From the NCBI GenBank assembly GCA_033764315.1, contig JANRJA010000103.1, positions 1 through 17,822 on the forward strand: 17,822 nt of DNA, given 5' to 3'. This DNA comes from Oculatellaceae cyanobacterium bins.114. GTDB taxonomy: Bacteria > Cyanobacteriota > Cyanobacteriia > Elainellales > Elainellaceae. How positions within the stretch are numbered: position 1 is the stretch's first letter; each line of letters opens with the position of its first letter. Shown here piece after piece: positions 1 to 7,700 of the stretch. Under the pieces are notes generated by a model. It worked only from the letters and a program-made list of their open reading frames with translations. It was not told the origin of the DNA and did not search any database. Both the position numbers and the translations under genes were made by a program.

Positions 1-139
1 AGAGAACACACTCATGGATGAATCGATTTCGACGTTTGTTGATACGTTGGGAGAAACATGAAGAAAACTACCTTGGCATGATTCATTTAGCTTGTGCATG
101 TATTGTCATAAGGGCAATTCAAGTTTTCGGATAGGCACT
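1..139 (+). mobile_element. Right end of an IS5-family insertion sequence (transposase C-terminus 3..134 plus right terminal inverted repeat ~124-139); cut by the window edge
   Basis: Frame 3 from base 3 reads RTHSWMNRFRRLLIRWEKHEENYLGMIHLACACIVIRAIQVFG*, matching the (VE)RTxSWxxxFRRLxxRWE C-terminal signature of IS5-family DDE transposases. The TAG stop (132-134) lies inside TTTTCGGATAGGCACT, followed by TAG/TTA. Not in the ORF track. Confidence 0.85.
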
Positions 140-564
140 TAGAATATGCCAACTTCAACAAAGCCAGCCTTTGTGGAGCCAATCTGGTGCACGCCCGGTT
201 GTTTCGTGCTCATCTGTTTGAAACTGATTTGCGCCCTACCTCTGACCAAGTCACTGATTTAGGACATGCGATTTTAATCGATGCCGATTTGTCTTATGCC
301 AATTTGAGTGGAGCTATGCTCTATCGAGCCAACTTGAATGGGGCAAAGCTGTGTCGTGCTCATTTAAACCGCACGTTGCAACAGGGGTTAAGACCTACTG
401 ATTTGCGCGAGGCTAATCTGAGCAAATCAGACCTGAGTTATGCCGACCTGACAGGAGCTATCTTGCAAAAGGCAAATTTGCAAGGGGCTGACTTGACAGG
501 AGCAATCCTCACCGATGCTGACTTACAAGGCGCAATTATGCCAGACGGCACGATTCACGACTAA
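139..564 (+). pseudogene. 3' fragment of a pentapeptide-repeat protein gene, cut off at its 5' end by the IS5 element
   Basis: A(D/N)Lxx repeats run throughout. The repeat register continues upstream of the called GTG (187) as LEYANFNKASLCGANLV right up to the IS end at 139. There is an in-frame TAA at 109-111 inside the IS and no ATG in between. Ends with the typical MPDGT motif. Confidence 0.8.
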
Positions 565-641
565 AAGCCTCACAAGATTCTCAAATTTCAGTCCTATGAT
601 GAAGCGTCGTTCGTAAATAATCTTCATCTTAAAACTGCATT

Positions 642-1082
642 ATGCCGATCGCACTTTGGCTCAATGAATACTGCACTGGCAACGATCAAGTCGATCGGGA
701 ACATCAAGTTTTATTCCACATTGTTAACTCGTTACACGAAGCAATGGGGCAGCAAGCCGCATTACCAATTCTCAAAGACTTGCTCAATACGCTGGCGACT
801 CATACTGTGCTTCACTTTGAAAGCGAAGAACGGTTAATGCAGGCTCACGCCTATCCGGGATACGATCGCCACAAACAGTCACATGAACGGCTGAAAGCAA
901 AAGTAATTGCGCTATCTCAAAAGTTTCATACACAGGGTGAGAGTGCGATTGAAGAGTTAACTGGCTTTTTGGCAGAGTGGTTAGTGCACCACATCAAAGG
1001 AGAAGATCAAAAGATGATTCGATTCTTTCAAGAGAAAGCTAATCAAGCATCGGTTCTCTTACCCGCTTCAGGGGATAGATAA
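642..1082 (+). CDS. Bacteriohemerythrin (single-domain di-iron O2-binding protein)
   Basis: W...G...D.EH, HFxxEExxM, YP..DRHKQSH and WLVHHIKGED iron-ligand motifs are all present. Confidence 0.92.
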   Translation: MPIALWLNEYCTGNDQVDREHQVLFHIVNSLHEAMGQQAALPILKDLLNTLATHTVLHFESEERLMQAHAYPGYDRHKQSHERLKAKVIALSQKFHTQGESAIEELTGFLAEWLVHHIKGEDQKMIRFFQEKANQASVLLPASGDR

Positions 1083-1305
1083 ATTTAGGTGTTGCCCCAG
1101 GTAATACCCCTGATATGAAGTTCTGCTATGAAATGTCACTTAACCCCACCGCGGTTCGACGGCTTGACTGATCTTCTCCAAACCCTAATACCAATTCTCT
1201 AAAGTAGCCCCCAAAGAGAGGTTGGGAGGGGTACGTTTTGTAGGGCTGTTTTGCCACCCAGATTTCGTGGGAGTCCTGATCTAGAACCTAGAGTCATTAA
1301 CGACA

Positions 1306-1326
1306 AAGCCCCTGAATCAGGGGCTT
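1306..1326 (-). terminator. Intrinsic terminator downstream of the HU gene
   Basis: Perfect stem AAGCCCCTG-aat-CAGGGGCTT about 40 nt past the HU stop, with a short T tract on the minus strand. Confidence 0.65.
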
Positions 1327-1364
1327 CTAACTCAATTCCAAACCTGTTAATTGATTCGCTTCAA

Positions 1365-1658
1365 TTAAGCAGCTTTGCCATTAGGGGGTGAGACTTTTTC
1401 TTTAAAGAGTTTTCCTGCACTAAAAGCAGGAACACGGGTTGCTGGAATTTTCATTGCCTCGCCACTCTTAGGATTACGACCCTCACGTTCTTTGCGATCG
1501 CGAGGTTCAAAAGTACCAAAACCAACCAACGTAACCTTTTCGCCACCAGCAACGGCATCTTGAATCGCTTCAAATGTAGCTGACAAAATTCGATCAGCTT
1601 CTTTCTTAGTGACCCCTGCTTTTTCTGCAACGGCGTCAATCAGTTCACCTTTATTCAT
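1365..1658 (-). CDS. hup: HU family DNA-binding protein
   Basis: MNKGELI start; VTLVGFGTF, GRNPKSGE and PAFSAGKLFK motifs; GAGGA RBS upstream. Confidence 0.96.
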   Translation of the reverse strand: MNKGELIDAVAEKAGVTKKEADRILSATFEAIQDAVAGGEKVTLVGFGTFEPRDRKEREGRNPKSGEAMKIPATRVPAFSAGKLFKEKVSPPNGKAA

Positions 1659-1827
1659 GAAACTCAGTCCTCACAAGCATCTGGAGCATTTAGAAGAAAA
1701 TTGTAGTGCAGATGTTTAGAAATGAATCAACCAAATCAAGAATTTGATAAAAATCGAGATGAAATGGCTCTGAGTTGGACACTGTCACAGCCCTTGAGCG
1801 ATTTATAGACCGGATCAAACTGCATGG

Positions 1828-2295
1828 TTATGAGTTGATAAGTGGAATAATTTGAGCCTCAATTACAGCTCCGTCAATGTATAGAAAAGCCAGACAGATA
1901 GGCAGTTTGAAGCGTCTTGGTCCGGCACTACCAGGGTTCACAAATAAGACTCCCTGTCGCTCTTCGATCTGGGGTTTGTGAGAGTGCCCACTGACAACGA
2001 CCTGAACCGTTGTTGTTAGTGGGTTCAGGTTAAGATTTTTAATGATGTGGAGCAGATGAATAGAGACCGCTTCAACGGTGACTGTCTGTTGCTCTGGAAG
2101 CACCTCTGCCCAGCCACCCGTGTCATTATTGCCTCGTACTGCGATAACAGGGGCGATCGCCGCCAGTTGTTCTAATATCTCCGGTGTGCCAATATCTCCA
2201 GCATGAAGAATTAAATCGGCTGTCTGAAGAGCATCTATTGCTTCTGGGCGCAATAATTTATGTGTGTCTGAGATGACTCCAACTTTGGTTCCCAT
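1828..2295 (-). CDS. YfcE/MJ0936-type metallophosphoesterase
   Basis: SDTH, HAGD, VRGNND, GHSH and NPGS motifs of calcineurin-like phosphoesterases. Confidence 0.92.
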   Translation of the reverse strand: MGTKVGVISDTHKLLRPEAIDALQTADLILHAGDIGTPEILEQLAAIAPVIAVRGNNDTGGWAEVLPEQQTVTVEAVSIHLLHIIKNLNLNPLTTTVQVVVSGHSHKPQIEERQGVLFVNPGSAGPRRFKLPICLAFLYIDGAVIEAQIIPLINS

Positions 2296-2404
2296 TGATC
2301 AGTTCCATCGATCCACTCTGTTTGCCATCTTCCACATTACAGGGCTTGGCTCAGGTGATCCTCACCCCTGAAGTGACTCTCTTTGTAAACAAACTTCTCC
2401 ATAC

Positions 2405-2431
2405 AAAAACCCCCTGCATTGCAGAGGGTTT
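2405..2431 (-). terminator. Intrinsic terminator of the DUF4278 gene
   Basis: Minus strand reads AAACCCTCTGC-AAT-GCAGGGGGTTTTT, a stem with one G:U pair and a U tail, about 46 nt after the stop. Confidence 0.7.
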
Positions 2432-2477
2432 AGGCAATTGTTATTAACTGTTGTTACCAACTGTTATGGTTCAAAGC

Positions 2478-2918
2478 TTATGCAGCGATTTGATTGAGCT
2501 CTGCTTCTAACATCCGAACTAACTCTTGATCGCCTCGCTCGCGAGCGACTTGAAGACGACGTTGAACGTTTTGCAACAGATTTGCTTTGTGGACTTTAGC
2601 AATGTAGTTGCGAGATAATGCAGCAGGAACTGCTTTTGATGGAGCTTGAGGCTTATTTGCAGCTTGCACAGTTGTCGTGGTCACACCTTGAGCATCTCGA
2701 TTGACATGATAAGTCATGCCCCGATAGATCAGGTCATAGGACGACGGTAGAGGAGCCTGAGCCACTTCAACGGTTGGATCAACCACTTGGGTCGTTCCAC
2801 GATAGGTTAGGGTGTAGGGAGCATGATAACCATTGACCGTTTTGAAAGGGGCATTGGCACCCGTGCTCGAAAGTTCAGGATGATAGTCGTAACTGTTGCC
2901 ACGATAGATGAGTTTCAT
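2478..2918 (-). CDS. DUF4278-repeat protein with a C-terminal PirA-like helical segment
   Basis: Three L(I/T)YRG repeats (MKLIYRGNSY, YTLTYRGTTQ, YDLIYRGMTY). The C-terminus HKANLLQNVQRRLQVARERGDQELVRMLEAE resembles the PII-interacting regulator PirA. Lies downstream of a glutamine riboswitch. Confidence 0.85.
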   Translation of the reverse strand: MKLIYRGNSYDYHPELSSTGANAPFKTVNGYHAPYTLTYRGTTQVVDPTVEVAQAPLPSSYDLIYRGMTYHVNRDAQGVTTTTVQAANKPQAPSKAVPAALSRNYIAKVHKANLLQNVQRRLQVARERGDQELVRMLEAELNQIAA

Positions 2919-2964
2919 AATGTCGCTTCCCCAGATAACTCTAGATTGATTTGTCGAAGAGAAG

Positions 2965-3029
2965 CGCGTTCCTTCGGGGGGTTGTCCCTACTTCCGTCCC
3001 CTTAATGTCATATAGAGGGGATGAACGAT
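2965..3029 (-). ncRNA. Glutamine riboswitch (glnA RNA motif, type I)
   Basis: Minus strand: ATCGTTCATCCCCT...AGGGGACGGAAGTAGGGACAACCCCCCGAAGGAACGCG. It contains the conserved AUCGUUCA, GACGGAAGUAGG and CGAAGGAACGCG blocks with P2 (CCCCT/AGGGG) and P3 stems, in the 5'UTR of a DUF4278 gene. Confidence 0.93.
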
Positions 3030-3039
3030 GTTTTCTTCT

Positions 3040-3053
3040 GTATCTAAATTTAC
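3040..3053. promoter_or_regulatory. NtcA binding site
   Basis: GTA-TCTAAATT-TAC is a perfect GTA-N8-TAC, 10 nt upstream of the riboswitch 5' end, in a position likely to overlap the -10/TSS (repressive). Confidence 0.75.
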
Positions 3054-3315
3054 CATTTTTCAATTTAAAAGCCATATCCCCCAATAGGGTGAAACTGCGG
3101 CTCAGATCGCTATAACCTTTGATGGACAACAGCTTTGGTTTTATAGGGACTGAAAAAGAATAATAAAAATTTATATATCCTCACAAACGCTTTAAATAGG
3201 GATTCCTCTTGATCAGACATCCACGTGTTACCAGTCAAAGAAACTGGATGATTAGGACTGATAGTTTGAACCCCCTTTAAGTAGGAGAACTTAATGAAAC
3301 TCAATTGAGGTGTGG

Positions 3316-3397
3316 GTTTCGACTGCGTTCAACCCGCTGCCAGAGAGATTTAGACATTGAGCGGTTTGTCTTGAGCGAGTCAAATGGGAGTCGAAAC
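3316..3397. repeat. Degenerate REP-like inverted repeat
   Basis: GTTTCGACT (3316-3324) pairs with AGTCGAAAC (3389-3397); internal GCGTTCAA and TTGAGCG half-sites; just downstream of the TetR stop. Confidence 0.4.
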
Positions 3398-3426
3398 GCA
3401 TCTTACCGTTCATGACACCCACCTTC

Positions 3427-4059
3427 TTACACTTGATAGGTTTGTAAATAGGCAGTCAATAGGGTTTTTGTCTCTGCCACAAGCTGTTCTCGGAAACTGC
3501 GATCGCGCGTCAGAGAGAGCCACAATAACTCATTTGTCGTTTTTATCAGCACAGTAGCCATCAACTCACACTTAGATGGCTCTAAGGATGCATTGCGCTG
3601 ATGGAGAAATTGGGCAAGTTCTTGAAAAATCTGGTGATCATAGTCATCTAAGGTACTGGCATCAGCGACTGTCATTAGATCAATGAGTTGCTCTAAAACC
3701 GCTCGATAACCGGGATGATCGGTCGCAAATTGATCAAAGGCATCAATCATCCGATCGATATAGGTGGTGATAGGTGCTGTTGCTAAATCAATATGCAGGT
3801 CTTTAAACAGCTCATACTCTTGCTTAAAGTAGCGATTTGCCAATGCTTTGAGAATTGCTTCTTTGTCTGGAAAAAACTGATAGAGCGACCCAATGGCAAC
3901 GCTGGCACGAGTGGCGATCGCTCGTGTAGTCGTCTGGTCATAACCCACTTCAATAAACAGTTGCTCAGCCACATCCAGAATGTGGTGGACTCGCTCTTGA
4001 CTGCGGGCTTGCTTGGGTTGCCGTCGCATAGTTGAGGGGGGTTGAGAATCAGCCGTCAT
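3427..4059 (-). CDS. TetR/AcrR family transcriptional regulator
   Basis: N-terminal RRQPKQARSQERV..ILDVAEQLF.EVGY..TTTRAIA.RA.VAIGSLYQFFPDKEAI helix-turn-helix. Confidence 0.95.
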   Translation of the reverse strand: MTADSQPPSTMRRQPKQARSQERVHHILDVAEQLFIEVGYDQTTTRAIATRASVAIGSLYQFFPDKEAILKALANRYFKQEYELFKDLHIDLATAPITTYIDRMIDAFDQFATDHPGYRAVLEQLIDLMTVADASTLDDYDHQIFQELAQFLHQRNASLEPSKCELMATVLIKTTNELLWLSLTRDRSFREQLVAETKTLLTAYLQTYQV

Positions 4060-4075
4060 GGGAAGTGAGATATCC

Positions 4076-4129
4076 TTGACAAAATGTGAGCAATGTTCAT
4101 ATTATTGAAATGTGAGCAATGTTCATATT
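4076..4129 (+). promoter_or_regulatory. Sigma70-type promoter of the coq4-like gene with two tandem TetR operators
   Basis: TTGACA (4076-4081), 18-nt spacer, TATTAT (4100-4105). Exact 22-bp direct repeat AAATGTGAGCAATGTTCATATT at 4082-4103 and 4108-4129; each copy is an imperfect palindrome (AATRTGARCA-W-TGYTCAYATT). Confidence 0.8.
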
Positions 4130-4185
4130 CTATCCTGGTTGCGTTTCTTGGTACTTATTCTCATTCATTGATTTAGGAGATCTAT

Positions 4186-4896
4186 ATGCAGTCAATGACT
4201 TCTCAGAAACCGTTGCAAGACCTGTTATGGAGCAATGTGAGAGAGCTTTTTTGGATGTTAAAAGGGGCAAAGGCATTTCTAACGCTGCTGGTTGATGACA
4301 GCGGTAGTCTGGAACCTGTTGATGAGCTAAGCAACAGTTTGGTGGATAGCCGTGCCTTTCAGCTTGCTCTTGCTGATATGAAGACCGTACCTGAGATTGA
4401 GGCTATTATTGCTGACCGCTATATGGCTCCGGCTCACAACTTAGACCTGCTGTTGCAATATCCTCAAGATTCTCTGGGTTACGTCTATGCCAGCCACTTA
4501 AAGCAAGCAGGGTTTAAGCCCCTGACAGCGGCTGTCGAAATTAACTCTGACACTCGCTATGTAGAAAATCGCTGGCAACAAACCCATGACATCTGGCATG
4601 TAATTACCGGATTTGATACCAGTGAAATAGGTGAGATGGGGTTACAAGCCTTCTATTTAGCACAGTTTAAGCTTCCTCTGGCTAGTCTGTTAATTGCCAA
4701 TGCTCTGATTAGTGCCACTGTGTTGCAGCCTGAAGCGTTGTCGCCCCTGTTAAAAGCGATCGCCCAAGGATGGGAGATGGGGCAACTTGCCAAACCATTG
4801 ATTGCTCAAAGATGGGAGGAAGCCTGGGAAAAGCCCGTTTCGGTGTGGCGGACAGAGTTGAATATCAGGCTAGAGGCAGACGATGCGAGAGGGTGA
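4186..4896 (+). CDS. Coq4-family protein
   Basis: Metal motif HDxxH-x11-E (HDIWHVITGFDTSEIGE), preceded by LLQYPQDSLGYVY; AGGAGA RBS. Confidence 0.88.
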   Translation: MQSMTSQKPLQDLLWSNVRELFWMLKGAKAFLTLLVDDSGSLEPVDELSNSLVDSRAFQLALADMKTVPEIEAIIADRYMAPAHNLDLLLQYPQDSLGYVYASHLKQAGFKPLTAAVEINSDTRYVENRWQQTHDIWHVITGFDTSEIGEMGLQAFYLAQFKLPLASLLIANALISATVLQPEALSPLLKAIAQGWEMGQLAKPLIAQRWEEAWEKPVSVWRTELNIRLEADDARG

Positions 4897-5198
4897 GGGA
4901 CTAGCAATATGGTTTTGTGTAGGTTTTATTGGAAAACCCTTCGCCTCACCTATCCTTGGGGACTCCTGATTGTTAGACTTTGGAGCTTACTGGTTGTTAC
5001 AGGCGATGGGAAACAGTTTCCCCTGCAACGCGATCGCCACAGTCTTACTCAGATCCGGGTTTGGGTGTTGTTGGCTAAGATTGACTTTGCCAACTTATTG
5101 GCGATCGCCATTGAGTTAGCTCAACCTGAATTTTGGATTTAATGAGTTTTAGCGACGACTGAAGTAGATGGACAGAATTAACTGAGAAACTGAACTGC

Positions 5199-6596
5199 CT
5201 AAATGGCTTTAGAGAAGCCAGCGGTGGTTCGCTTTTCTAAATAGGTGTCAAACACAGCCGCAATATTACGAATCAACAAACGCCCAACAGGAGTGACTTG
5301 AATGTGATTAGGCGAGTGTTCAATTAATCCATCTCTTTCAAGTTGGTTTAAAGCGGGTTGCTCTCTTGCAAAATAGTCATCAAATTCTTGGTCAAAACTT
5401 AGATGATACTTCTCTTGCAACGCTTCTTTTGACAGTTGAAATTGACACATCAACTCCATGATGATGGTACGACGAATGATATCTTCATGACTTAGAGATA
5501 CTCCTCGCTCAATCGGCAATACATCTGAATCGATCGCCCGATAAAAGTCTTTTAACCGTTTGTGATTTTGCACATACACATCATGCAACATGCTGATCGA
5601 AGTCATGCCAAAGCTAACCAGATCAGATTCTGGTTTAGTGGTATAACCCTGAAAGTTTCGATGCAGTTGTCCGTCTCGTTGAGCGATCGCCAGTTCATCA
5701 GTGGGCTTAGCAAAGTGATCCATCCCAATGTAGGTATACCCGTTGCTGGTTAGCTCCTCAATGGTCATTTGCAGCATATCTAACTTTTCAGATGTTTGCG
5801 GCAGTGCCTCCTCAGGAAGCCGACGTTGAATTGGTTTCAGCCAGGGTACATAGGCAAAGTTAAAAACGGCAATGCGATCGGGGTTAAGCGCGATCGTTTG
5901 TTGAATCGTTTCTTTAAACGTTTCTCGCGTTTGATGGGGTAAGCCATAGATTAAATCGACATTGACACTGTCAAATTGAGCTTCGCGCATCCAATCCATC
6001 ACGCTGAACAACTGTTCTTTGGGTTGAATACGGTTAATTGCTTCCTGCACCACTGGGTTGAAATCTTGAATGCCAAAACTAATGCGGTTGAAACCTAGCG
6101 TTCGCAAGAACTGCACATACTCTCGATCGAGATAGCGGGGATTGACCTCAATTGAAATTTCAGCCGCTGGGTCAAACTTAAAGCGGTTATGAAGTGCTGT
6201 CCACAACGTTTCAACTTGTTGAGTTGAGAGATAGTTGGGTGTGCCGCCGCCCCAATGCAATTGCTGAACTGGGCGATCGCTGTCAATCAAGACGTCCAAT
6301 TGGTGAATATTGCGAATTAAGTAGTCAATATAAGGATCAGCAAGTTCTTTGCGTGATGTAATAACTGTGTTGCAACCACAAAAATAACAAGCTGTTTCAC
6401 AAAACGGAATGTGACAATACAACGATAGGGGTGTTTTTTTATAGTTGCCTACTGCGATCGCCGCTCTAAAGTTGATGTCCTCAAACTCAGGCTTTAACTC
6501 GGTTGCAGGAGGGTAGCTCGTGTAACGGGGAAGAGCTTGGTCATACTTGCGGAGCAATTGTGAATCAAATTGAACGGTAGGCAGCGAAAGGCTCAT
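5199..6596 (-). CDS. hemN: Oxygen-independent coproporphyrinogen III oxidase (radical SAM)
   Basis: PRYTSYPP, HIPFCETACYFCGC (CxxxCxxC), HWGGGTP, GMDHFA and RNFQGY motifs. Confidence 0.97.
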   Translation of the reverse strand: MSLSLPTVQFDSQLLRKYDQALPRYTSYPPATELKPEFEDINFRAAIAVGNYKKTPLSLYCHIPFCETACYFCGCNTVITSRKELADPYIDYLIRNIHQLDVLIDSDRPVQQLHWGGGTPNYLSTQQVETLWTALHNRFKFDPAAEISIEVNPRYLDREYVQFLRTLGFNRISFGIQDFNPVVQEAINRIQPKEQLFSVMDWMREAQFDSVNVDLIYGLPHQTRETFKETIQQTIALNPDRIAVFNFAYVPWLKPIQRRLPEEALPQTSEKLDMLQMTIEELTSNGYTYIGMDHFAKPTDELAIAQRDGQLHRNFQGYTTKPESDLVSFGMTSISMLHDVYVQNHKRLKDFYRAIDSDVLPIERGVSLSHEDIIRRTIIMELMCQFQLSKEALQEKYHLSFDQEFDDYFAREQPALNQLERDGLIEHSPNHIQVTPVGRLLIRNIAAVFDTYLEKRTTAGFSKAI

Positions 6597-6646
6597 GGAC
6601 AGTGGTTCTCTCTAAATGATGAATGGGAGGATGGGACAGTAAACTG

Positions 6647-6686
6647 ATGTCGGGTGCATCCTTTAGTTAGAAATGCACCCTGACAT
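6647..6686. repeat. Intergenic stem-loop between ho and hemN (REP-like or mRNA-stabilising)
   Basis: ATGTC-GGGTGCAT ... ATGCACCC-t-GACAT inverted repeat. Confidence 0.5.
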
Positions 6687-6699
6687 TTGGGCAAGTCGG

Positions 6700-7485
6700 C
6701 TAAATGCTATATTCCGCTATGGGTTTTGTCGTTGGTTGATGAGGCGATTCAGAGAAATTCTCTCCGTGGGGCGATCGCTCAGTGGCTCCAGGAATTGTTT
6801 GACGAGTTAGCAGATCAAACACGTGCTCACCAACAACGGCTTTAACATCGTCTTCTAAAGCATGAACCACATCCCGATTTAAGGTAAATGCATAGTTTGC
6901 CTCAGCGATGATGTGCTGAATCGTGTCTTCATCAACTGGCAGCGCATTTAGTGCATCCCGATATTTTTCCTTAAACAATCGCTTGGCTTCAGGCGTTGGC
7001 AACTGTTCAAATTCGTGCAGGGCAGTTCCCTGATCAACAGGCAAGTTCATCGCACTGCGAACAATATTTTTGAGTGCTTGTCCTCCAGATAGATCGCCCA
7101 TATAGCGAGTGTAAGCGTGGGCAATGAGCAAGGCGGGGTTAGTGCTGGCAACCTCATGGATGCGATTGACATATACTTCACCTTCAGGCAAAGGAGAGAT
7201 TTGGTCGCGCCATGTATCGCCATAATAATAAGCTAAATCTCTCTCTAGATTGGCCGTGCGGTTGATCTCTGGAAAATAAAGTAGCTTCACCGCGGGATGA
7301 TCTTGATGCTGGCGCAATTCATCTTCTAGCGCACTATACACAAAATAAAGATTGGCTAACAGTTTACGGAAGGGTTCGCGTTCTACAATTCCTTTCAAAA
7401 AGCATTTCATGAATGCAGTGTTTTCAGCTGCCGTATGAGAGTGTTTAGTGCCTTCTCGTAGGCGTTGGGCTAAATCATGGCTCAT
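6700..7485 (-). CDS. ho2: Heme oxygenase (biliverdin-producing), probably the low-O2 isoform HO2
   Basis: LREGTKHSHTAAEN and HAYTRYMGDLSGGQ motifs. The true start is probably ATG at 7485 (MSHDLAQ), which has a GAGGA RBS, rather than the track's 7542. Isoform inferred from clustering with hemN and acsF. Confidence 0.92.
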   Translation of the reverse strand: MSHDLAQRLREGTKHSHTAAENTAFMKCFLKGIVEREPFRKLLANLYFVYSALEDELRQHQDHPAVKLLYFPEINRTANLERDLAYYYGDTWRDQISPLPEGEVYVNRIHEVASTNPALLIAHAYTRYMGDLSGGQALKNIVRSAMNLPVDQGTALHEFEQLPTPEAKRLFKEKYRDALNALPVDEDTIQHIIAEANYAFTLNRDVVHALEDDVKAVVGEHVFDLLTRQTIPGATERSPHGENFSESPHQPTTKPIAEYSI

Positions 7486-7663
7486 GGGACATTCCTCGTT
7501 ATTAAAAGCAAAACTGAAGCGAGTAGACATCTTATTAAGCACTTTATAGCTATTTGGTGATTAAATGCATCACTTTTCATAACTTAACGATTATCCAAGC
7601 TTCTTTGGAGCGATCTTTACAATCCTGTAATGAGTATTGCGCTCATTTCACCATTATCATAAC

Positions 7664-7677
7664 TTGATAGCTATCAA
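7664..7677. promoter_or_regulatory. Perfect 14-bp palindrome identical to the FNR-box consensus (TTGAT-N4-ATCAA)
   Basis: TTGATAGCTATCAA, 23 nt upstream of the acsF ATG in the ho/acsF divergent region; the binding protein is unknown. Confidence 0.45.
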
Positions 7678-7700
7678 CTCTTATTAGCGATCTTCAGCAT

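Noticed and set aside
1140..1290. Possible tRNA, sRNA or MITE remnant between hemerythrin and HU (contains GGTTCGAC)
   Set aside because: No cloverleaf can be folded and no paired termini were found
2823..3304. Short ORFs 2823..3005, 2941..3129 and 3110..3304
   Set aside because: They overlap the riboswitch, promoter or DUF4278 gene and have no protein-like features
4082..4129. 22-bp direct repeat as a possible CRISPR array
   Set aside because: Only two copies 4 nt apart, with no spacer or cas genes; better explained as TetR operators
4909..5142. 77-aa ORF between coq4 and hemN
   Set aside because: No recognisable motif or clear RBS. It could be a gene remnant (two HIP1 sites), but I cannot support a call.
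7486..7542. N-terminal extension of heme oxygenase in the ORF track
   Set aside because: Homology and the RBS point to ATG 7485
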